64,000 bases of DNA from Oligoflexales bacterium (GTDB lineage Bacteria > Bdellovibrionota_B > Oligoflexia > Oligoflexales > JAPPIL01): contig OZ244057.1 in NCBI GenBank assembly GCA_965215515.1, forward strand, positions 288,001-352,000, written 5' to 3'. The translations under genes were made by a program, and so were the position numbers. The notes beneath the pieces were generated by a model. That model saw only the letters and a program-made list of their open reading frames with translations. It did no database searches and was not told where the DNA came from. The stretch's first letter is position 1; each line of letters begins with the position of its first letter. This document shows, in pieces, positions 10,971-20,557 of the stretch.

Positions 10971-12743
10971 TTGGGCGTTATATATTTGTTTGTATTTACT
11001 TTGATCCTCGTGCAAGCGCAGCAGGCGTACGCCTACTTTGATCCTGGCACTGGCAGCCTGTTGGTGCAAGTATTGATTGCGGTATTTGGCGGTTTGTTAG
11101 TTTTTTTCGCAAAAATACACTCTAAAACTAAACAATTGCTTTCTAAACTGGGATTTCGTGCAAAAATGATAAGCGGTAAGACATGGTGGCCCCATTTAAA
11201 ACACTACGTTCTCGCAGCTGCCATCGGCGTGTATGCAGCCATCTTTTACAGCAAAGGCCATGATGAGCTGCTCACAGTTATATTAAATATTTTCATATTC
11301 CTATCCGTAAGTGTTTTTCTAACATGGGTATGTGCATTCATTATAAGAAAAAAAGTGAATCGAGAAAAATTTTTGCATGGCTTACTATTTGTGATGCTTA
11401 TTTACTATATGCGTCTCCCTGTAACAGAAGGTTTGCAAATCTTGTATATCGACACCTTTGACTCCCACCCTTCCTCAGCGATGATGTATATTTCTTGCTT
11501 ACTCATCATGTTCCCTTTATTTGGCTTAGGATGGCTACTTTCTGGTAATACGTACAAGGTGGTGGTTGTCATCGTGGTGATGACACTTGTGTCCTCAGTT
11601 AAAGTTATTACCACCGCCGTGGAAAGATGGAAGGGCGCTAGGATCGCAAACACTATGCTAGATGGTGTAGATGGCAAGGATATTTTTTTCGGCACAAAGA
11701 AGCCAAATGTATATTTTCTTTTATTTGATTCCTACACCAACATCGAAGGCTTATCAGTTTTGGGGCTGACACCTGACCCTACACTCACTGACTACTTAAA
11801 TAAAAATAAATTTGTAACTTACCCTGAATTTTATACCAACATGCAGCCTACAATTAATGCCATGCCAAGTTACTTTATTAGTGATATTAATTATCACTAC
11901 AATAACATTTATAATGTATCGTTCCTAACGAAGCAAAAAATAACTTGCGGGGGGGGGCGTGTTTTCACACATTTTAGGAAAAATAATTATATAACAAAAA
12001 TAATAATGGAAGATAATAAATATTTTTCTCTGACAGGCCACCTGTGCAGTCAGCAGTGCTCTGCAGAACGTTGCTTACTATATCAAAATAACAATATATT
12101 TCTAATACATTTGCAATTATTTGATCGTATTGTCCTGGGGGGAAGTGGTCTTGCCTATACAGGCTATAGCTCCAGCTTTAGCTATAGTCGCTCAACTTTG
12201 AGTAGTTTAGCGAGGGAGATTGGCAATAAACGACAGCAATTCGTTTACGCACATTTCGCAATCCCTGGTCATGCAGAAATGACATTTACTGATGAAAAAG
12301 GAGTATGCAATGAAGAGGTGAAGATACAAAATTATAAATACAATATCATGTCAGCCAATCGTATCATCACTAAACTAGTCGATATGATAATAGATTCTGA
12401 CCCCAGTGCTCTGATTATCCTAGCATCTGATAACGGCCCGTTTATTTTCAATCGGTGTGCCTCCCTCTCTCCCCTATTGACAAGAGAAGAGGTGGTCGAA
12501 AGGCAAGGTGCATTCCTAGCGATTCGTTGGGGCAAAGATTACGATGGCAGGTATGATAATGATATTAAAAGTTCTGCCAATCTGTTCCGCTATGTTTTTT
12601 CTTATTTGCTTGGGCACGAAAAATTGCTGAAAGACAAACCTGCTGATGATGCATTTTATTTGCACAAGGGCAAAGTTGTCAAGAGTATCAGTGATGGAAT
12701 TATTTTGCCACCGCCTGTGGCTGAGTTGAGAAGAACTAACTGA
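10971..12743 (+). CDS. Membrane-anchored sulfatase/alkaline-phosphatase-superfamily protein (LTA synthase/phosphoform transferase-like)
   Basis: N-terminal AYAYFDPGTGSLLVQ plus TM helices; motifs KPNVYFLLFDSY, FVYAHFAIPGH and IILASDNGP. Confidence 0.7.
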   Translation: MGVIYLFVFTLILVQAQQAYAYFDPGTGSLLVQVLIAVFGGLLVFFAKIHSKTKQLLSKLGFRAKMISGKTWWPHLKHYVLAAAIGVYAAIFYSKGHDELLTVILNIFIFLSVSVFLTWVCAFIIRKKVNREKFLHGLLFVMLIYYMRLPVTEGLQILYIDTFDSHPSSAMMYISCLLIMFPLFGLGWLLSGNTYKVVVVIVVMTLVSSVKVITTAVERWKGARIANTMLDGVDGKDIFFGTKKPNVYFLLFDSYTNIEGLSVLGLTPDPTLTDYLNKNKFVTYPEFYTNMQPTINAMPSYFISDINYHYNNIYNVSFLTKQKITCGGGRVFTHFRKNNYITKIIMEDNKYFSLTGHLCSQQCSAERCLLYQNNNIFLIHLQLFDRIVLGGSGLAYTGYSSSFSYSRSTLSSLAREIGNKRQQFVYAHFAIPGHAEMTFTDEKGVCNEEVKIQNYKYNIMSANRIITKLVDMIIDSDPSALIILASDNGPFIFNRCASLSPLLTREEVVERQGAFLAIRWGKDYDGRYDNDIKSSANLFRYVFSYLLGHEKLLKDKPADDAFYLHKGKVVKSISDGIILPPPVAELRRTN

Positions 12744-12789
12744 TATGACTGCGGTAACTCCAGAAACTATAGTTACAGACAGGGTGTCC

Positions 12790-13127
12790 GCTTTTTACGG
12801 GGGCATCTACACTGTGCGGCTGCTAGTATGGCTCGCTGTGCAGGTAGATTTGATAAGTTTTGGCAATACCAAGACATCGCCTTCGCCAAGCAAAAAGAAA
12901 TAAATAACACAGCAATTACCGTGTGGGCTATAGAGGCAGGACTCATCCATGAACAGATCGAATCCTGTGCAAATTCTGAGGCAATTAAGACAAAGATAAA
13001 AGACGACATCGCACAGGCAGATGAGCTTGGCTTACGCTCCGTTCCGACTCTGTTTATTAACGGCAGACAGTATCTGGGTGAGCAGAAAATAGAGGCAGTG
13101 AGATCCGCTATCACCGTTTTGCTCTGA
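12790..13127 (+). pseudogene. C-terminal fragment of a DsbA-like thioredoxin-fold protein
   Basis: ARCAGRFDKFWQY...ADELGLRSVPTLFINGRQY is present; the CxxC N-terminal half is absent. Confidence 0.7.
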
Positions 13128-13138
13128 CTTGTTTGTTC

Positions 13139-13933
13139 CTACCAGTGTTGGGCGATAAACTCCTGCGGCAGGCGCAGTTGGTGGGCGGCTTGCAAGCTGA
13201 TGCCGATCAGGCGGGTACTGATGAAATGCTTGACCCATTGAGGGCCGCGTAGCAACAGTGCGCGCCAATCGCCATCGGCGATGACTTGCCCTTCGTTGAC
13301 GACGATAATGCGGTGAGCGAAGCGAAGGGCGGTTTCGACGTTGCTAGTGGCGATGAGCAAAACACTGTCGGGGTCGGCACATAGATCGTGAATCATGTTG
13401 ATGATGATCGTCGAGGTGACGGGGTCGAGTCCCGCAGTAGGGTCGTCGAAGATGGCGACGACTGGTTCGGTGCTTAAGGCGCGTGCGATGCCGACACGTC
13501 GTTGCATTCCACCCGACAGTTCATGAGGAAACATGGCGCTCGCCTTGGGTAGTTTGATTTTGTCGAGCAAGGAGGAGATCTTTGTTTCCATGCGTTCCCG
13601 CGAAAAGTCAGTCATGCGGTGCATGGCAAACAGTAGGTTCTGCCGCACCGTCATGAAATCAAACAACCCGCCCTGTTGGAAGGCGATACCAACTTTTTTC
13701 AAGACCTCCATCCATTGCACATCATCGGTGTCCCTGACAGGTACTTGCATGACCTCAACCACCCCCGCGTCAGGAGGTAACAGACCGAGAATTATTTTCA
13801 GGATTACCGTCTTGCCGCAACCACCTGCTCCGATCAAGCTGACTCGCTCACCCGCACCTACCTCAAAACTGATACCTTTCAGTACCTGTTCGTGGCGAAA
13901 AGATTTCTCGACATCAGCAAGATGAATCATCAC
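13139..13933 (-). CDS. ABC transporter ATP-binding protein, MlaF/Ttg2A-like
   Basis: Walker A GAGGCGKT, FQQGGLFD, LSGGMQRRVGIARAL and DDPTAGLDP. Confidence 0.85.
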   Translation of the reverse strand: MMIHLADVEKSFRHEQVLKGISFEVGAGERVSLIGAGGCGKTVILKIILGLLPPDAGVVEVMQVPVRDTDDVQWMEVLKKVGIAFQQGGLFDFMTVRQNLLFAMHRMTDFSRERMETKISSLLDKIKLPKASAMFPHELSGGMQRRVGIARALSTEPVVAIFDDPTAGLDPVTSTIIINMIHDLCADPDSVLLIATSNVETALRFAHRIIVVNEGQVIADGDWRALLLRGPQWVKHFISTRLIGISLQAAHQLRLPQEFIAQHW

Positions 13934-13997
13934 GTACTTGCGCTAGTTGCCCCTTATTTGCATGTTACCCGCATCGTCGGTTTTTGGCAAAGAACAA

Positions 13998-14031
13998 CCC
14001 TGAGTTCCGTGGGTAAATTTCCCGACATACT
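13998..14031 (+). repeat. Dispersed repeat (IS-end/MITE-like) CCTGAGTTCCGTGGGTAAATTTCCC
   Basis: Near-identical copy at 16528-16560. Related copies at 15581-15602, 16759-16778, 17787-17798, 25220-25240 and 33693-33712. Confidence 0.8.
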
Positions 14032-14099
14032 GGCCTCATCGGTCTTTGGAGTTCTGTCATTTTTTGTGTATTGTGGCCGCGGCTGCGAGGAGTTGCGTT

Positions 14100-14840
14100 T
14101 TGGATATTTCTTTGCTCGCGTTATCATCTCTCATCACCTCGGTGGTAGCTGGGTTCACGGGTATGGCGGGGGGCGTAATGATGATTGCCCTGATGATGAT
14201 GATTTTGCCTCCCACCCTGGTCGTGCCTTTGCATGGTATCGTGCAGCTGTTTTCCAATGCTTTCCGTGTCTTTGTGCTGCGCCGCAGCGTGCATCGGCGC
14301 ACGATGAAGTTTTTTCTCAGCGGTGCGGTACTCGGTGGTTGTCTCGGTTATTTTTTGATCAGGGAAGTTACCCACTCGGAGTGGTTTCTCGCCGTGGTCT
14401 GTGCTCTGCTATTCTATACCGTTTTCAAGCCCAAACGCATGCCAGACATCAAGCTCAATGCCGTGGGATTCTTTTTGCTCGGCACGTTCACCGCTGCCAT
14501 CGGCCCGCTGGTGGGCACGGTAGGACCTTTCCTCGCCCCGTTTTTTGTGCGAGACGACTTTCCCCAAGAAACTATCGTCGCGTCCAAAGGTGCGGCACAG
14601 GCGACGGTGCATATTATCAAGATTCCTATTTTCCTCTCGCTGCAGTTTGCCTACCAAGACCACCTGCCCCACATGTTGAGCATGATCGCCACGGCCTATA
14701 TCGGCACTTGGCTGGGAGTACGCTTGCTGCAGCGTGCCGACCGACAGCTATTCCTGCGTGTCATCAAAATCACGCTGTTTTTGATTGCCCTACGTTTACT
14801 CCATCGCTTGCTCGAACCGTTGTTCATCACCGCGGCATAG
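14100..14840 (+). CDS. Sulfite exporter TauE/SafE family membrane protein
   Basis: Motifs GFTGMAGG, VPLHGIVQLFSN and GTVGPFLAPFF; RBS GAGGAG before the TTG start at 14100. Confidence 0.85.
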   Translation: MDISLLALSSLITSVVAGFTGMAGGVMMIALMMMILPPTLVVPLHGIVQLFSNAFRVFVLRRSVHRRTMKFFLSGAVLGGCLGYFLIREVTHSEWFLAVVCALLFYTVFKPKRMPDIKLNAVGFFLLGTFTAAIGPLVGTVGPFLAPFFVRDDFPQETIVASKGAAQATVHIIKIPIFLSLQFAYQDHLPHMLSMIATAYIGTWLGVRLLQRADRQLFLRVIKITLFLIALRLLHRLLEPLFITAA

Positions 14841-14853
14841 TCCTCTGGCAGAG

Positions 14854-15507
14854 CTACTGTGCCAACATGCGCTGTGCTGCGGGGGTGACCTTCAGCGTGA
14901 GTTCTTGGGCGATGACGTGCAGGATTTTCTCCACTTTACGCACTTCGGTGGCAACCTTGAAGTCGGTGTCGGTGCTGAAGATGTCTTCCCAGTAACGCGC
15001 CGTCGCACGCTTCTCCCCGCCTGCTGTGTACTGATCGAATAGGAGCACGAAGGCCAACGTGCCAAGCGCGACCACCCCGAACGACTTGGCAACGGTGCGC
15101 GGCTGCAGCCATTTGCGCATTTTCCCTCGGCTCGCTTTATCCCAGCTGAGCGAGTGTCGCCACGTGGCTAGCCAGGCCAGTGCGCCTGTGACTACGGGCG
15201 TGGCCACGACCATCACCCTCTCTCGCTGTCCCGTGTGTGTCGCTATCTGCGGTTGTTGGGTGAAGACAACCCGTTTGCCCGTGCGGCTGCTGAGTGCCTG
15301 TACACAGTTTTCCGCCAGATAGTGTGCGTCATACTCATCACTTACCACACACAGCAGCAACTCATGTGTCTCCTCTTCATCGCCGACATCTGCACGTTGC
15401 AGACCGAGAACGACATGCTGATCGCGCACAGCATGCGTCCGTGTGGACGGTTCGTGCCCACAGGCAACCACCGAGACCGTCGCCAACACAAGTTTCATCA
15501 ACATCAT
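14854..15507 (-). CDS. Hypothetical lipoprotein, short member of a family with 36285-38348
   Basis: Lipobox VSVVAC; N- and C-terminal blocks align with 36285-38348. Confidence 0.7.
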   Translation of the reverse strand: MMLMKLVLATVSVVACGHEPSTRTHAVRDQHVVLGLQRADVGDEEETHELLLCVVSDEYDAHYLAENCVQALSSRTGKRVVFTQQPQIATHTGQRERVMVVATPVVTGALAWLATWRHSLSWDKASRGKMRKWLQPRTVAKSFGVVALGTLAFVLLFDQYTAGGEKRATARYWEDIFSTDTDFKVATEVRKVEKILHVIAQELTLKVTPAAQRMLAQ

Positions 15508-15647
15508 TATCTCCTCATGCCCAAAATCAGGGGGTGACTATATCAAGGCAGATTAAATTTGTAAAATACTCAACAATGCCGATTTACCCGCAGAATTCAG
15601 GGGGGAGTGTGCGAGAGAAGGAACGCCTCTCGGACAAGCTGGTTATC

Positions 15648-16343
15648 CTAGGGTGCGATACCTGTGACGGTAAGGTTTGCGGTGCGAATTTGAGCGCAAC
15701 CTTGCTGCGGACACCAGCTTACCCGCACCTTGACCGTGTTGTTCGCCGCGGGGAGCACGTAGCTGAAATAGCGGGTCGCTGCACGTACAGCACTGAGCGT
15801 GCAGAACGCCCCCGCACACTGCACTTTGCCATAATCATCACCAAAATCCGCACGCAGATGCTTGCTTTGAGCACGTTTGCGCATCGTACCAGCCAGCAAC
15901 TCCAGCGACGGCGTACCCCACAAAGAATCAACTCTCAACAATAACCGTCGGCAACTACCCTCTATTTGTGCTAGGCTCACCGCGCTGTCCAGCTCCTTGC
16001 GCAAAAAACGATCGCCAGAAAACTGCAACTTGAAATTCTGGCGTGCTTGCATGAATTCCACCGTAATCAACTCACCGTTATCACCCCCTAGCAGGTGGGT
16101 AATATGCCTGCCGAAACTTTCGTTCCTATCCACCACCTGGGCAATTTCTGCCGCACTGCGCCCCTGAGCAGCCAAGTAACGACGGCAGTTGGAATGACCG
16201 ATATACACCACCGCAATTCCCGCCGCACGCCCCACATTCTTTCTCATGTGCAAGCGCGATTCCTCCAGCTGCTTGCACGACGGACAAACTGCTGTTAATA
16301 AGGTGAGTAAGGGCAAAGACAAAAATTTTTGGACAACATTCAT
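15648..16343 (-). CDS. Hypothetical exported protein or lipoprotein
   Basis: 231-aa ORF with a hydrophobic N-terminus followed by Cys; no recognisable domain. Confidence 0.55.
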   Translation of the reverse strand: MNVVQKFLSLPLLTLLTAVCPSCKQLEESRLHMRKNVGRAAGIAVVYIGHSNCRRYLAAQGRSAAEIAQVVDRNESFGRHITHLLGGDNGELITVEFMQARQNFKLQFSGDRFLRKELDSAVSLAQIEGSCRRLLLRVDSLWGTPSLELLAGTMRKRAQSKHLRADFGDDYGKVQCAGAFCTLSAVRAATRYFSYVLPAANNTVKVRVSWCPQQGCAQIRTANLTVTGIAP

Positions 16344-16414
16344 TGACGGTATTCCACGCTAATACTGCACTTATCGACAAATTATGCTTAAAAATTAGTT
16401 ATTTTGTACTGGTA

Positions 16415-16527
16415 ATAGCTCTGAAGCACAGTATCGCGCGGAGCAGGAGAAGCTTAACATGGAGTGCGGCGGTGAAAAATGGTACAGCGTACAAGGTCAG
16501 GAATTGGAGCAAGTATAACAAGGCACT
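16415..16527 (+). mobile_element. IS5-family (IS903-group) transposase N-terminal remnant
   Basis: Encodes YKVRNWSKYNKAL, the typical IS903-type start, and is cut at 16528. Confidence 0.65.
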
Positions 16528-16778
16528 CCTGAGTTCCGCAGGTAAATTTCCCAACATACTGTAATTACTGAGATATGCTTCCTGTGTAGGGCACTACATT
16601 ATGCGCAAGTTTTGCGCCGTAGTTTAGAGCTTAAAAGGTGCAGAGGAACATTTCAGTCCGACGATGCGGCGGAAAAAAGTCAGTCAGGCACTACAAAAGG
16701 GGAAACAAAAAACACCGCAAGACCAGGCTTTCTGTTGCGCAAAAAATTAAATCAAGAACCCTACCCACGGAACTCTGG
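16528..16778. mobile_element. Putative ~250-bp MITE bounded by imperfect inverted repeats
   Basis: Ends CCTGAGTTCCGCAGGTA and TACCCACGGAACTCTGG; no convincing internal gene. Confidence 0.55.
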
Positions 16779-16824
16779 AGTTGGTGTGTACAGCCGTACC
16801 CACCAACTCCAGGATGGAGCTCAC

Positions 16825-17631
16825 TTAAATTATTTCAATTATGTAACTGGGAATATCATTGTATTCATCTGTCACGGAGAGGATACGTCTTGATTCTGTA
16901 TATTTAACCATGTCTTCAAATTCAGGCAAAGACTTTAATATAGTTTTAAGATTATCATCAAAATGAAGATAATCATGGTTTTTCATAAAAAAAATGATGT
17001 CTTCATATCTAAATCTTTTGATATGTAATAATTCAGATATCTCTCCATATATTTTACTTGATTCATACGCTTCAGGATCAGCAATAACATCGTTGATACG
17101 GTTAATATCTGCAACTGCTCCTTCCTCTACCAACTTAACCGTTTTAACATCCCCACTAAGATATGCCGCCAACTGAACGTGTTTGAAATCTCCTCGATCA
17201 TCTAGACCCTCAATTAGGAGCTCCCTAAGTGCACGAGTATCGCCACCCATTGCTGCGTGTACTGCTTTAATAGTCTGGCTAGGACACGAGGCAAGATCAT
17301 CAAGACAATTTTTCACGCTAGCTTCGCTAACCCCTACAGAAACAAACTCGTCATATCCCCGAGGTAATCTTTCGCCTGAAAGCCTGGCAACATCCGCAAG
17401 AGCCTCCCGAGGCCCTTCAACAAAGAGAACAGGAGGTTCCCCGTGTGGCAGTTCTCTGACTGGCCGGCCTAAGGGAGCGAAGAGACTCCACATCCGCCCA
17501 AAAGCGACATTGCGCGTCGCAGCAGTGACATTGTGCAGCTGTTCAACCGCTTCTTTCACGACACGCGGCGACACACTGAACACATTACTGGACATCCCTA
17601 GACACATGATTAAAAACAGCAACTTCTTCAT
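16825..17631 (-). CDS. Secreted hypothetical protein with two degenerate ankyrin-like repeats
   Basis: Signal peptide MKKLLFLIMCLGMSSNVFS; repeats AVHAAMGGDTRALRELLIEG and VQLAAYLSGDVKTVKLVEEGAVADIN. Confidence 0.55.
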   Translation of the reverse strand: MKKLLFLIMCLGMSSNVFSVSPRVVKEAVEQLHNVTAATRNVAFGRMWSLFAPLGRPVRELPHGEPPVLFVEGPREALADVARLSGERLPRGYDEFVSVGVSEASVKNCLDDLASCPSQTIKAVHAAMGGDTRALRELLIEGLDDRGDFKHVQLAAYLSGDVKTVKLVEEGAVADINRINDVIADPEAYESSKIYGEISELLHIKRFRYEDIIFFMKNHDYLHFDDNLKTILKSLPEFEDMVKYTESRRILSVTDEYNDIPSYIIEII

Positions 17632-17829
17632 TGTAGTTCTCCTAAAATGATTAAACAAAAACAATACAAGGAGGAGTTGTAAAAAAAAAACGTTTTTTGT
17701 CAAGAAAAAGTTGAAAAATTATTCTTTACACAAAAAACCAGCAACCACCACACGCAACCGAAATCATCGACTTTGGCAACAATGCCTCGGAACTCAGGAA
17801 AACCGCTGCCAGTGGGGGCATCTACAGCA

Positions 17830-18126
17830 GTGTCAGGTGGTACGGTGCAGCAGGTCGAGGAAACAGCTGAGATTGCTATCGAGCACAATCTTGGTTTAAC
17901 TTGTGACCCGATCGGTGGATTGGTGCAAATTCCCTGTATCGAACGCAATGCGATGGGGGCGGTCAAGGCCATCAATGCCAGTCGTCTCGCGCGGCAAGGC
18001 AGTGGTAAGCACAGGGTTTCACTCGACGATGCGATTAAAACGATGAAACAGACAGGTCTCGACATGCGCAGCAAAGACAAGGAAACCTCCCGCGGCGGTC
18101 TGGCTGTTAACGTTACGGAATGCTGA
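17830..18126 (+). pseudogene. sdaA: L-serine ammonia-lyase, C-terminal fragment
   Basis: [35 protein letters not shown]...[15 protein letters not shown]; most of the 5' part is missing. Confidence 0.88.
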
Positions 18127-18129
18127 GCT

Positions 18130-19194
18130 ATGTCGCTATCCTCTCAGCATCCACTCCGTATCGGTATCTGTCGGCTGAGCAGTCTCGGTGATGTGGCTCT
18201 GAGTACTGCCTGTCTCGATTTGCTGGCACAGGTTGATCGTCCGCTGCAAGTTTACTGGGTGGGCATGCTACCCCACAGCACTTTGCTGAACTACAGCCCG
18301 ATCAAACTCACTCTCATCACCATCGATCCGCAGCACAAATGGCGCAGTATGTTGCAAGCCGTGCCCGCCTTGCAACATTTACAACTGTTCGTCGATTTGC
18401 AGAAAAATCTGCGCTCGCAAGTACTTGCGACCTTCTTAGCTTGGCGTTGGAATATCCCCTGCTGTAGTTACGATAAGGAACGTCTGCGACGTTGGTTATC
18501 GATCGGGGCGGCGCGTTGGCGAGGACGGCGGCGAGCCGCGCCGCGCGATATTTTTTATCCGCGTCGTCAGCAGTTTGTCCGCATGTACACCTGCTTGGCG
18601 GAGGCTTTGCAAGTTACGAGAGACACGGTGCGACCACGCCTCGTGGTCGCTGCGTCCGCCCCGCGGCAAGGCCGCTTGGCGGTGGCCATCGGGGCGCGCT
18701 ATGCCACTAAACGTGCACCACCATCGTTGTTGACGGCGGTGCTGCAACAGGTGATTGCAGGATATGACAGACAGGCAATGCCGTTAACGATTGTTATGCT
18801 CGGTAATGCCCAGGAACGGGCGGAAGGTGAGCGCTTGGGTGCGGAGTTGCTTCTATCATCGGCGCGGGTAAAGAATCTGTGCGGGCAACTGCCGTTAAGC
18901 GCGGTGCCTATGCAGTTGGCGAGTGTGGCGGTGTTGCTAGGCAACGATTCTGGCTTGATGCACATCGCCGAAGCGGTTGCTACCCCCGTGGTGGCACTGT
19001 TCGGGCCGACGGTCGAGGCTTTTGGTTTCCGCCCCTGGCAACAGAACAGTCAGGTGTTTTCCAGCCGTCTCGGTTGTCGCCCCTGCTCACGACACGGGCA
19101 TGCTCCTTGCCGTTATGGTGACCAAAGATGTTTTACCAGCTTGGATAGCAAAGCGATTGCCGCGGCACTGCTGCGACACTTGTTAGATGTTTAA
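18130..19194 (+). CDS. Glycosyltransferase family 9 (LPS heptosyltransferase)
   Basis: Motifs RLSSLGDV, GNDSGLMHIAEA, VALFGPT and CRPCSRHG. Confidence 0.9.
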   Translation: MSLSSQHPLRIGICRLSSLGDVALSTACLDLLAQVDRPLQVYWVGMLPHSTLLNYSPIKLTLITIDPQHKWRSMLQAVPALQHLQLFVDLQKNLRSQVLATFLAWRWNIPCCSYDKERLRRWLSIGAARWRGRRRAAPRDIFYPRRQQFVRMYTCLAEALQVTRDTVRPRLVVAASAPRQGRLAVAIGARYATKRAPPSLLTAVLQQVIAGYDRQAMPLTIVMLGNAQERAEGERLGAELLLSSARVKNLCGQLPLSAVPMQLASVAVLLGNDSGLMHIAEAVATPVVALFGPTVEAFGFRPWQQNSQVFSSRLGCRPCSRHGHAPCRYGDQRCFTSLDSKAIAAALLRHLLDV

Positions 19195-19197
19195 TTT

Positions 19198-20493
19198 TTG
19201 TCATTTGCTTCACAAATGACGGGAAGATTGAGTGGCGATATGTTGAGGTTGGTGCTGGTAAACTGTTGGTCGTTGTTCGTTTTGTCAGCATATCCCTGCC
19301 TATGTCTAGCCGCGTTTTTTTTCCCTCCTCTGCAAAAGCAACTGCAAGGACGGTTGCGCAAGTTTTTATTGTTTTGTGGACAAACTTTAAGGGGACAAAA
19401 AAAAACAGGCGGATGGATATTTTTTTGCAGTTCCGCGGGCGAATACGAGCAGGCTGTCCCTGTACTCACCGAGTTGGCAGGCAAACGTGAGGAGCAGCTC
19501 GTTTTGTTTTTTTCGCACTCTGGTTATCGCTTCGCTACTCTGCGGTGCGAGCGGGCGCATTGTTTGCTTGCCCCCCCTGACCTGTGGTGGCTGTGGTGGC
19601 TGTTGTTGGTGCTCTGGCGGCCGCGAGGAGTCGTGGTGGTGCGACACGAATTATGGCCTGCGTTCTTGTGTGCGGCAGCACGCCGTAGCAAACTGTATTT
19701 GATCGATGCCTCTTTCCCACATCTGCGAGGGCGTTGGTTGAAAAGCTGGTTGCTCGGTTTTTTTCGTAAAGTTTTGGTGGTCGATGAACTCGATCGTGTA
19801 ACCGCCCTGCACCATTTGCATGTGCCACAACAACGCCTGATCGTGGCGGGTGACAGCAAATACGATCGTGTTGCACAGCGTGTGGCTGCACCAGCACCGC
19901 ACGACAAGAGTTTTGCGCTGTTGCGAACACCTGGTAAACGACGACGCTTGTTGATTGGCAGTGCCTGGCAAGAAGAAATCCTCGCCGTCTTGGACATTTA
20001 CCGTAAGCAGCGCGCTCGCTGGCAAGTACTGATCGCTCCGCACACACCGCATGTGGAGATGCTGGACTGGCTACAAAAACTATGTCGGCAAAAAAAACTG
20101 CAGGTGCGATTCTACACCCAATTGTCCCTGCCCTACGTCGATGCGGATGTAATCGTCATCGACACAATGGGCTGCTTGACCGAACTTTACGGGCTTGCCC
20201 ACCTGGCCCTCGTCGGCGGCGGCATGCGCGGCAAGGTGCATAACGTACTCGAACCAGTTTTCCACGGTATACCTACGGCGATGGGCAAATATTTTGCGAA
20301 CAGTAGCGAAGCACGACGGTTGTTCGACGCAGGGTGGCTAACGGTTGTCGATACCGATAATCTCGCTAGTTGGTGGCAAGCCCAGACCACTAAGTCATAC
20401 GGCGCTGAGCGGCGTGCACAACAGCTCGCCTTCGTGCACGAATTGTGCGGGGCGACAAGACTTATCGGCACGGTGTTGGACAGCACACCTTAA
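19198..20493 (+). CDS. waaA: Kdo transferase
   Basis: Motifs CSSAGEYEQ, ELWP, GDSKYD, DTMGCLTELY and HNVLEP. Confidence 0.85.
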   Translation: MSFASQMTGRLSGDMLRLVLVNCWSLFVLSAYPCLCLAAFFFPPLQKQLQGRLRKFLLFCGQTLRGQKKTGGWIFFCSSAGEYEQAVPVLTELAGKREEQLVLFFSHSGYRFATLRCERAHCLLAPPDLWWLWWLLLVLWRPRGVVVVRHELWPAFLCAAARRSKLYLIDASFPHLRGRWLKSWLLGFFRKVLVVDELDRVTALHHLHVPQQRLIVAGDSKYDRVAQRVAAPAPHDKSFALLRTPGKRRRLLIGSAWQEEILAVLDIYRKQRARWQVLIAPHTPHVEMLDWLQKLCRQKKLQVRFYTQLSLPYVDADVIVIDTMGCLTELYGLAHLALVGGGMRGKVHNVLEPVFHGIPTAMGKYFANSSEARRLFDAGWLTVVDTDNLASWWQAQTTKSYGAERRAQQLAFVHELCGATRLIGTVLDSTP

Positions 20494-20557
20494 TGCTTAG
20501 CATTCAGCTATTCGTTCTGAAATGCTAAACTGAATAGGTAAATAGGGTGGTGCAAAT

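Noticed and set aside
13892..14995. 367-aa ORF
   Set aside because: It is an alternative frame over tauE with no recognisable motifs.
13998..17798. Integron cassette array
   Set aside because: There is no integrase, and the repeats lack the attC RYYYAAC...GTTRRRY palindromic structure.
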